The notes under the pieces: generated by a model
Databases searched by the model: none
Told to the model about the DNA's origin: nothing
The model's input: the letters and a program-made list of their open reading frames with translations, nothing else
Part shown: positions 11,586 to 23,200 of the stretch, in pieces
Numbering within the stretch: the stretch's first letter is position 1
How the letters are laid out: each line of letters begins with the position of its first letter
Position numbers and translations under genes: made by a program
NCBI GenBank assembly: GCA_951406725.2
Contig: OX597819.1
Coordinates: forward strand, 30,752,001-30,816,000
Origin: Octopus vulgaris
Lineage: Eukaryota
Length of the DNA: 64,000 nucleotides
Reading direction: 5' to 3'

Positions 11586-12320
11586 CTATCATCCTGCATC
11601 AAATGGAATGGTGGAATGTTTCCACCATCAATTGAAAGCTGCTTTTAAAGCCTCTCCTAATATTCAACATTGGACTGCGTATCTTCCTATTGTTCTCCTC
11701 AACATTCAAGCTTCGATTAAGGAAGACCTTGGTTTTTCTCCAGTGGAGCTATTGTATGGTGCTTCTTTGTCCTTGCCTGGGCAGATGCTTGCCCCTATTG
11801 ATTTGAGTTCACAAGATCCTAACCCATATGTTGATCAGTTATGTGCTTAATTTCAGGAGTTACCACCATTGAACACTCGACTAGAAACTATTAAATCTTC
11901 GGTTCCAGAGAACATTGCCTCATGGACGCATGTCTTTGTTAGAAAAGATGCAGTGAGAAGTCCTCTCACTCCTTCTTATTCAGGATCTTATTGCATGTTG
12001 GCACACTCTGATAAACATTTTACCAAAGAATGGTTTTAGAGGAACAGTCTCACTTGATAGAGTTAACTGTGCTTATACAGATGCTCTGACCTGAGCCTGA
12101 TACACCCCTATCCTACACTATAAAACATGAAAGTAATTCACCATCACATTCACCACAAGCTCATTCACGCACAACTTCTTCACCAACATACATCACGACA
12201 ACCTGTAGTGGTTGTCATGTACATTGGCCCAAGAAACTATGTAAAACAATATTCATATGAACTGTTTCTTAATGCATATTATTTTGCCTGTTTTTAATGT
12301 ATTAAGGCTTCCTTTCTCTA

Positions 12321-12555
12321 TGTGATAGGCATGTACCTAGTGTTGCAACTCCACTTCCACTGCCTGTCACAAGTCCAGCATCTTAAAAGCCATAGCCTAT
12401 TTCGTTCAGCTACGTATGCAGTTACTTTTATTCCACACACACACACACGATTAAGTATATCAGACAGAGCAAATAAGTCGCTAACGGTGATGTCCAATAC
12501 ATGGTATCTGTCTCTATCCCAGTAGCAAACAATGAACCAATTAGGCATCTTCACA
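12321..12555 (+). mobile_element. Probable 3' LTR of the Gypsy element
   Basis: TGTGA...TCACA termini directly after the pol remnant; no clear polypurine tract and no 5' LTR found. Confidence 0.4.
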
Positions 12556-13036
12556 TCATCTTGGAATAAATCACTGACTCCACAACTGAGAGAACGTTCC
12601 TCTGACCAGGGCTCTCTTAATAATCAGGTTTATCTTTTTACGGTGACGAATGCAACCTGCATTCAGTACCTATAAAGTCGAAGGGCGTTAAATAACCTTT
12701 AAATCAAAAAGTTTAGAGTTACTTCCCTTAAAAAGGATATACAATTATGTTATTATCGGAAATCAAATTGTTATAGGATTTTAATTTATTATTTGTACTA
12801 TATAGATTCCATAGAAAGTTAACAAATGAATGGATTTATTTTTAATTTTATTTTGGAAGGCTTTTTTCTATAAAAAAGAAAAGATGTAACTAATGTCCCT
12901 CTCTAGAAATAGAGATAAGTTTATGTTTACAAGCATGTGTTCATAGGATATTCCTATGTGGCACGAAGAACTTCTGTCGTCTTCTATTGAATATATATGA
13001 TTTATATAAATATATTTATCTTATTCCAGTGACATC

Positions 13037-14030
13037 ATGAACCCGTCACAGCTTCGACAGGGTCTTCATTGTCATTATTTTCTTAAGCGAAAAAAGTTAT
13101 GTCGAAATATTTGGAATTGTATACCGTTAATTAAGAAATACTCTTCGTCTGTTGATTCGGCAGAAGAAGACTTCTTTGGAATCAGTGAAAAGGACTCGCT
13201 CGGACAACCATCTGAAAAGGTTGATGAAGTTGTAAATAACGATTATATATACAAAAAATATTTACCTAAAATGGTCGATAAAATGTCAGACCCATCGCTT
13301 GAAAAAATTTTTCAAGTACCGTTTGGTAGTATACGACTAGATTCTTATAATAAACATGCCCTTGCTGATAAAATGGTAAGAGAGAAACATGACGTTCATT
13401 TAGGAGACTCGTCATTTGAAAGCAGAATTTCTACAGAGACCGAAGATAATATTTCCAATTTTCGTAAATTAGATGCTTCCAGAAATAAGAACTCAGAGTT
13501 TGAATATATCGATAATCAATATTTTTCACGAACCGAATATGCATCCGAATCGAAGGGATTAATGGATAATGAAAAAATTACTTCATCTGCTAACCATGTA
13601 TTGATGGATTTAGAAAATAAGGATTTGCACAGAAGCCAGAATCATGATTTAAATAATGTTACTCATGAATTTGTATCAGATGAAAACTTTATCGATTCGC
13701 AATATTTCAATAAACCGATGTCCGGAACAACAGATGAGCCACCATCGTTAGAACTAAATTCTACACATCGAGCACATTCTTTGGCAGAGAATAAAGAAGA
13801 TTTGCAAAGAGAAAATCTGCATTTTATTGATAATCAATATTTTGGCCTTAACGATCAAAACGAAGGAGCATCAACCGTCCTGAAAAAGATTAAACCTGTT
13901 TTGACTAAAGAGGAACCTCTTGAAATAAAGGCTCAGTCAAAACCACCTACCCATGATGATGATGAAACAGAGAATGCATTTAATGTAGCTATGAAGATTC
14001 GAAAAAAACTTCGGGAGGAAAACGTTCGAG
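13037..14030 (+). CDS. RPUSD4: RPUSD4 large N-terminal exon
   Basis: Acceptor ttccag at 13029, long ORF, donor GAG|gtaaat at 14030; joins in frame to 15171. Confidence 0.8.
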
Positions 14031-14583
14031 GTAAATTGCATTATCTTTGGGTTTATTTCATTCATGGTTTGCAGTGTTCTCTCACCAACTCTCTTTCACA
14101 CACATGCACACACACTATCTCTCTGATATAAAAACACTGTCTCTGTAACATAAACACACACACACCAGGTTTGGTTTCGTTATTACACAAATATCGCATT
14201 ACAATTTTGCAATTCAACATGGGACGTCCAAAAAATATGGGCATTCTTTCGCTTGAACCCGCATGCCAAAATGTGCGACAGAAAAAGAACATCTAGCAGC
14301 AAAGGCACAATGGCAAACAATATCATAAAAATTATAAAAATTATTAGAAATGGGAATCAAATGTGAAAATATTGGCGATCCTTCGGTATATGTACACACG
14401 TGACTTTGTTTACATTTCTGAAGATAACAGAAACCCTTTTCTCCCACCCCTAACACAAACCCTAACCCCCCATATATAAAAAAAACCCCACTTTCTTGAA
14501 ATGTATCCGGTACTTATACCGAAGTTACGCCAAAATATTATCTAGTGGTTAGCAGAAAACCGCCTGGGGCGGTCTTTCAGCTA

Positions 14584-14624
<41 letters not shown>

Positions 14625-17600
14625 GAGATAGGGGTTGAAAATTCAACCCACCATGGGATAACATATATCCAATATACTGCTAGAGAGGTACCCAACAAAG
14701 TATTGATTGGGTATCATCTGATGGTTGATGTTTGATTGATTTAAGTATGTTTCTCCATTTTCTAATTTTGTAGTATATATATATATATACTTTATTTTAA
14801 GCAGCAGAAAATTCAACAAAATCTGTTACTCTGAGTTTCTCGTTGCCGTTCATCAGACAGTTTTTGCTAGAATGGAACTCTATATATATATTGTGCATTC
14901 CTCTTTATAAGCATCAAATCTATATCTCATTTCCAAATCACCAATGAACAAAGTAGCCAGAAAATGCATGCTCGAATTAGGATTCGTTAATTAAACTTGG
15001 GACTTCTGAATTGGTTGAAACTACCGTGGCTCTAAATATGCTAAGTTCTTTCAGTTTCTATTCCATTTGTTTCTGTAACTCTTATTTTATTGCTACCCTT
15101 ATTTAAACTTCTATTTCAACTGTGATATTTCCAGATTTTTTTCTAATTCTTTACTCGGTTTCTACCACAGATCCTGATGGTCCTCTTTTAGACAGTAAAG
15201 GTTTCCGTATTTTGAAAGACCAAGTTACTGATTTAACTAAACTGACAAGCTATGAAATCGTAAATCATATTAAAAGCAGAATTATTTATAATAGGAGTAA
15301 GTATAACTCTTATTACATTTTTGCATTTTCTGTATATTTATTCCATATATATGTGCAGGCATGGCTATGTGGATAAGGTGTTTGCTTCTCAACCATGTGG
15401 CTTTTAGTTCAGTCTCACTGTATGGCACATTCTACTATAGCTTTAGACCAACTAATGTCTTGTGAGTAAATTTGGTAAACAGAAATTGTACAGAAGCTTG
15501 TTGTGTGTGCATGCATGTCTATGAATGTTTACATTCTGTGTTGAGTAACTGTGAAGCTTGGTATCATTCCATGCCAACGAATCATTTAGCTCTGCACTAT
15601 TGAAAACATACCGAATAAAACAAAATTTTAAATCCCTTACTTGAAAAATAGTATGAAATACTGACAGGAAGGGCCGTTGTAAAATGGAAAACATTGTCTC
15701 AATACGTAGTCATCTAAGCCATGCTAGCATGAAAAAATGGATGTAAAACAAAATCGACAACAGTTTGTATGGCTATGATAAAAAATATTGCAACAATAAT
15801 CACTTTATTAGCACTGCATAAAACACATAGATATATAATAAAGTGGAAAGTTGGTGAACATAAAATTAGGAAGCTAGACACAATATTTAATTAATTAAAA
15901 TTACACAAGCAGAAAAAAAAAAGAAGATAATCATCATCGTTTAACGTCCGCTTTCCATGCTAGCATGGGTTGGACAATTTTGACTGAGGGCTGGTGAACC
16001 AGATGGCTGCACCAGGCTCCAATCTTGATCTGGCAGAGTTTCTACAGCTGGATGCCCTTCCTAACTCCAACCACTCCGTGAGTGAAGTGGGTGCTTTTTA
16101 CGTGCCAGACGAGGCTGGCAACAGCCATAATCAGATGGTGCTTTTTACGTGCCACCGGCACGGAGGTCAGTCGGGGATGGCAATGGCCACGATCGGATGG
16201 TGCTTTTTACGTGCCACCGGCACCGGCACGGTGACCAGTCGGGGCAGCGCTGGCAACAACCACATTCGGATGGTTCTTTTACGTGCCACCGGCACTGGTA
16301 AGTATTAAGTATGACATGGGTACTGATGGAGAGCTACTAATAGTTTGGTGGTTAACATTGGAAGAGGGTGACATTATTGCAGACTAACATTGAGATAGAA
16401 TGAAAGAATGCAGTTTAGAGAATTGTTACTATTGTTGCCATCAAAGTCGGCTCTCTTGAGGAGTGGCTGTGTGGTAAGTAGCTTGCATACCACATGGTTC
16501 CGGGTTCAGTCCCACTGCATGGCACCTTGGGCAAGTGTCTTCTACTATAGCCTCGGGCCAACCAAAGCCTTGTGAGTGTGTTTGGTAGACGGAAACTGAA
16601 TGAAGCCCGTCGTATATATGTATATGTATGTATGTGGTGTACATGTTGGTGTATCTGTGTTTGTCCCCCACAACATCGCTTGACAACTGATGCTGGTGTG
16701 TTTACGTCCCCGTAACTTAGCGGTTCGGCAAAAGAGACAGATAGAATAAGTACTAGGCTTACAAAGAATAAGTCCTGGGGCCGATTTGCTCAACTAAAGG
16801 TGGTGCTCCAGCATGGCCAGAGTCAAATGACTGAAACAAGTAAAAGGGTTGCAGGAAGCAATGCTGGAAAGGGGATAATATTCTGGAGAGGGGAGATTTA
16901 GAAAAGTGGGGACATGAAAGTCTTGCAAGGGAAACAGTATAGGTGATGAGAGGTCAACTGAGTACATCAGAGGTCTTGAGTGAAGGTGATATGATCAGAC
17001 CTTAGTGGTGGGTTATGTTGATGGCATAGCACAGGATTGAAATTCATTACAGCTCAGTGCAATGTATACTGGTATAGAAATATGGATGTTACATCATCAT
17101 CGTTTAATGTCCGCTTTCCATGCTAGCATGGGTTGGACGATTTTGACTGAGGGCTGGCGAACCAGATGGCTGCACCAGGCTCCAGTCTTGATCTGGCAGA
17201 TTTTCTACAGCTGGATGTCCTTCCTAACGCCAACCACTCCAAGAGTGTTGCGGGTGCTTTTTACGTGCCACCGGCACGGGCGTCAGTCAGGCGGTACTGG
17301 CAACGACCTTGCTCGAATCTTTTTACACATGCCAGTGAAGCGACGTTGGTAACAATCACGCTCGAATTGTGCCCTTTTACGTGCCACGGGTACGGAAGCC
17401 AGTTGGCTCCTCTGGCAACGATCTCGCTCGGATTAGCACCCTACTAGCACATGCACAAGTGCTAGTAAGGCGACGCTGGTAACGATCATACTCAAATGGT
17501 GCCCTAGGAAAATTATTTTAATCTATGATAGAAGTTAAAATCCTTAGTACAAAACGTGTAGGTAATGTTATTAATACTCTATTTTAAATATTAAAGATTA

Positions 17601-20252
17601 CTTGAAATGGAGTACATGTTTCTTGTTGAGAAAAATACTAAACAATGAGTTATTACTACACTCAATTATGATATCAATATACTGAAATACTTTCTTTTTT
17701 TCTGCATTATTTTTGGTTCTCAGAATGTTATAGCATTCTACAGTTTTGATGCAATGTTGCATCTGAAACTAATTCCTTTCTCATATACTATTTACAGTTA
17801 GTTATTCATTCCTTCAGTTTATATGTAGTTCATGAAGTTATGAAAAACAGACTCAATTACACATTAGGCTCTAATTATATAATACTATTGCTAACAATTA
17901 ATACAATATTCTCTAGTCATTAAGTGGTTTTGTTATTTAGTTCAATGCTTCGTTTATCTGTCCAAAGCATTTGAAATGTTTTAAGGAATTATCTGCATGA
18001 AACATCAAGTAAAAGCTGAAGATATAAATTTTACTCATTCATTGCATAAACTTACCATTTTTTTACTGATGTCGTAATTGTAGAAATAAGCTGTAGTCAG
18101 TCTTCACCTTGTTTTGAATTACTCTCTCTTTACTCTTTGACTTGTTTCAGTCATTTGACTGCGGCCATGCTGGAGCACCACCTTAGTCGAGTAAATCGAC
18201 CCCAGGACTTATTCTTTGTAAGCCCAGTACTTATTCTATCGGTCTCTTTTGCCGAACCGCTAAGTGACAGGGACGTAAACACACCAGCATCGGTTGTCAA
18301 GCAATGCTAGGGGGACAAATACAGACACACAAACACATACACACACATATATATATATATATACGACAGGCTTCTTTCAGTTTCCATCTACCAAATCTAT
18401 TCACAAGGCATTGGTCAGCCCGGGGCTATAGCAGAAGACACTTGCCCAAGATGCCACGTAGTGGGACTGAACCCGGAACCATGTGGTTGGTTAGCAAGCT
18501 ACTTACCACACAGCCACTCCTGCGCCTATAACATTTATTTTAAATATTTGGTTTAATGAATCTGCATTCTTTATTTTTACGTAATCCTGTCTACTATAGG
18601 CGCAAGGTCTGAAATTTGGTGGGGAGGGACTTGTGGGTTACGTCAACCCCAGTATTCAACTGGTTCTTTTTTAATTAACCCCAAGACAATGAAAGGCAAA
18701 GTCAACCTTGATGGCATTTGAAATCGGAACATAAAGCTGGAAGAAATATACTTTTTCTGGTGCAGTAATGATTCTCCTAGTTCACCACCTTTATTTCTTG
18801 ACCTTTTTGACACCAACCCAGCTGAAACCACCTCTGGCTCTAGTACAAATGTCTTGTTTTCATAAGGTTTGAATTAAAATCTTCCACCAACACTTAGTCA
18901 CAATTTATGTTCCTAACGCAAGCTTAATGATAACTAAGTTATTTTACTAAATTCTTTGTTATATTTAAAACTAGCAGTATCGCCCGGCGTTGCTTGGGTT
19001 TGTAAGGGAAATAACTATATAAGCATTTTTAGAGAGTTATAGCCAAAAAATAGCAAAAAAATGCATTAAAAATGGGGGAAAAATTATGGTAAATTTTTTT
19101 TTAAATCGTTGACTCATCGTAGACATTTTTAGAGAGTTACTTCCCTTATATAATAGCGAAAAAATGCATTAAAATGGAAAAAAAGGATGGTAAATTTTTT
19201 TAATATTGTAGACTCATCGTAGACGCGCGCTAATACCCAGAAGGGCTCGATATGAATCACAACTATAGGATACCCGGTTTTGGTTAAACTGCACTGCAAA
19301 ATGTGGGAGTAGTTAGGAATCTAAATCGTAGGAGACAGACACACAACTTCACTTTTATATATAAAGATTAATTGAAAGAAACACAGAGCATCTCAACAGA
19401 AATATGGTAATAAAAGGGTTGAATAATAGAAATGAAAGAATATGAAAGAATGTGAAATGTATTTTCTTATTTTATGTTACAGATGACATTGTTGCTATCA
19501 ATAAGCCATATGGCCTGTCTTCTCATGGTAAGTTGATATTTATGAAGCCTATCTTTTATTTAAACTCAGTGAATGCCTTAACAATTCATTAATATGGCAA
19601 GCTAATGAAAGAGCCTTTACACCTGACTTTTCTAATAAGTGACACTTATGCTTTCCAAATATACTGCAGTTTTAAGACATTTCAGAAATGTCAAAGTATT
19701 TATTGTTTAGTGGTAAAGTGTAGCATGTTACCTATCTCCACTTTAAAAATAATTAAATTTTGTTTCTTATGTAATATAACTTTAGAAAGGCAATGACAAA
19801 CTATTCCGCTTTTTGTATTTGGATTGCAAAAGGTTGAAAATCACTGCTCTACACAATCACTTGGCCTGCTAGAAATAGTCACCATATTTCCTACAAGTCA
19901 CACCCTAAAGTCAGTCAGTGTGAGTTGAAGAGTTAAGAATTTTGCTTCTCAACTACTTGGTTTTGAGTTTAGTCCCACTGTGTTGCACCTTAGGCAAGTG
20001 TCTTCTTTTAAAGCCCCTGGTTGATTAATATTTTGTGAGTGAATTTAGTAAACATATATATATCTACCATCTTTATAATGTTATTAATTAACATGAAAAT
20101 AATTATATGTATTGATGGAAAACCTCTATAAACGGCCGATGATTGCTCAACATTTTAAAACTGTTGTAATACTTACAATGTTTAATAAAATGATGTAGTG
20201 TGAAACGATCTTACCAAATTACCGAAGATATTCTTGTTGCTTATTTTGATTT

Positions 20253-20294
<42 letters not shown>

Positions 20295-23200
20295 TATTAA
20301 GTCATACAAAGCAGGATTGAACAAAGTGTATTTGTTTAAAGTCATATAAGATGTATTCAACATACATTCAAATGTATGAAGATCTTTTGCAGCTGAAATA
20401 CTCTCGGGAGGCATGGGAGCATTGCGGCATTGTACACCTTTATCTTCATGTTGGGGGGGAAACGTCATGGCAGTTCCATGGAACAATATGTATACATAGC
20501 ATTTGAGAACAACTTTGCAGAATAAACAACAATTGTCATATCATAACAGGATATGTTCTTTCCACAAAAGGTGCTGGTTACTGAAGGAAGGATAGCAGCA
20601 GTGACGTTATTTATCCTATAATTCATCCTCATCATCTTGAATGGTGAAGAAATTGTTCGATTTTTATGGTGCTTCATCCCTTTGTTCAGTAAAGGAACTG
20701 CTCATTGTAAATTGGTAAACTTCTCATGATTTCTATGTTACATTCACAATTAAACTTGTTACCAGCAAAAATTTGCAGACGTTCTTCTGAGTGCCAACTC
20801 TTAGCAATCAATTCAAGTGGAACTTTGGGAATATTTGTATTCTCAACCTGTATCTTTGCTTTTAATCTAACAGCACCAGCTCCTCCTTAAACTTTCTCTA
20901 TGGAGCACGACCACATCATCCTGTATGATTTTTTGCAAAACTACTTTATTTGCAAATGTCATGATATCTTTGTGAATTTGATGTAAGCTTTCTTTTCTTG
21001 GAATATTTGTAAAGTCATAGATACAGCCTAGCCATGTTTTTTTCCCCCAAACACCATTCAAATCTGAGGGTTACATTTCATTCCTAGTCAGATGGGTGGG
21101 CATTTGGACAACCTGCAATCTGCAGGACATTCTGAACAGCACAGTGAACAAAAATTTACCTTGGATTTTTGTACCTCATTATGGGCCAGGTCTCATGCAG
21201 CCCACTTCTTGAAAAGCATGTCTGAGATAGATAGACAAATGGATAGAGACTTACTTGCTCGCTCACCTCACATAAGAGACACAAACACCTGTGTACACAC
21301 ATTTACACGTGTATGTATGTATATAATGTGACTAGTTTTTCAAATTAACTATATTTGATGTTAAATAAAAAAGCATTTTTGGTGAAGGAAAAAGTGTAAC
21401 TTTTAAACTGTTACAATTATTTCATTATCATCATCATCGTTTAACGTCCGTTTTCCATGCTGGCATGGGTTGGACGGTTTGACTGCAGTTTGGAGAGCCA
21501 GCACCTACACCAAACTCCAATCTGGTGCTGCTGCTGGCTCTCCAGACCTCAGTCAAACTGTCCAACCCATGCCAGCATGGAAAACTTAAGTTAAACGATG
21601 ATGATGAAGATGATGAAATAATTATAAAAGTTTGGGTTTCCATGAGGAACTGTTACAATTTATTTGAATTTCTAATGCAGACCATATCCCCATATTAATA
21701 ATCATACTTTATAATTCTGTAAGTACAAAATCCCATAGTATGATGTAGCTATAATGCAGGATATATATATTATAAAGTAATAGAAATATATATATTATGG
21801 AGTTAAATACATATCCTTTACTTACCCTTATCTTTGCTCACTTTTGCTTTTGTCATTTTTGCCTAAGAAACTGTTATATATTGGGATGTCCGAAAAGTTT
21901 GTGCTGATTTATAGTAGCTTACCTTTCAGCTTATTTTAGAACATGGTTGAGTCCACAAAATAGGATTTGACTACACCTCCATTTAGATCACAGTTTAAGC
22001 TATCTTTTTGTGGAAGAAGTTTTATGTTCTTATAACCTGTGTTAATTCTGTAACCCTTTAAAATGGAAGATAAGAAAGTTCATTTTTGGCACTTGATACT
22101 TTGGGAACTAGACAAAAATTGCTGCAGCTCGGCTGGGATGTGTTACCCCACCCTCCATATTCACCAGATATTGATCCTTCAGATTTCCACTTATTCAGGT
22201 CTCTGCAGAATAGTCTTAATGGTAAAAATTTCAATTCCTTGGATGATGTAAAAAGATACCTTTGCCATGAAACCACCTCAATTCTGGGAAGAAGGTATAT
22301 TCAAGTTAAAGATGGAGATGCATTGTGCAACAAAATGGTTCATATTTGGTTGATGAAAAATGTAATGGCAAGTATTTATTGACCTTTTTCTTTCCCTTAA
22401 AAATCAGCACGAACTTTCCGGACAACCCAATACTTTCAAGAAAGACTACATAATCATCCATCACTGAATGCTTTTATTATCAGTTTGGTCATAGCACCTT
22501 CTAACTAAAACAAGTGAGCAAAGAAACAGTAAATTAATGGACTAAATTATCTAGAGTCAGTGGACTCAGAGTAATAGTTCAACGAGAGGGCAAAATTGTC
22601 TACAGCTAGTAAATATTATTTAAGGAAATGTAAAACTATATAATCTAATATCCTTTCCTTGTTTATGGTTCCTATTTCTAGTAACCATATAAGGTCACTT
22701 CATTAATTTGTGGTCAATAACAATTGGCAACAAATTAATGAAGGTATCTTTATGTGGTTCATGTAGTAGCATGACAGACTATTGCTTATGTTAAAAATAA
22801 TTATGATAATTTTTTGATTTAGAATTTCAGTTTAATTGCTGGTAGGAAGGAACATATTTCATTCTTGTTATACAATATATTTACTTTTAGGTGGTCCCGG
22901 TGTGCATGTGAGTCTAGCAGATCTACTACCAGAACTTGCAGCTAAGATTTACCACAAAGGAACACTCCATCTTATCCATCGCCTTGACAAAGAAACCACA
23001 GGGGTTCTCTTACTTGCAAGGTAAAAGTATTTTCCTTGGCACCTCTCTGTCTATTCAGTTATTCTCTTTCATCAGAAGACAGCTAATAATAAATCATTTG
23101 TTTTTAAAATTATATTTCATATAGGACAGCAGAAATGGCAGCTGTTCTTCATAAGATGTTCAGAGAACAAGAAGTTCTCAAAACGTACTGGGCCATAACT

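Larger units (their letters stand above)
7070..12260 (+). mobile_element. Degenerate Ty3/Gypsy LTR retrotransposon pol with nested insertions
   Basis: Protease DSGAS (about 7080); [32 protein letters not shown]; RNase H VDASDTAVGAV...YSTFGRELFAIYLAIKHF; integrase HHCC region and YHPASNGMVE. Domain order is PR-RT-RH-IN, with many stops and frameshifts. Confidence 0.9.
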
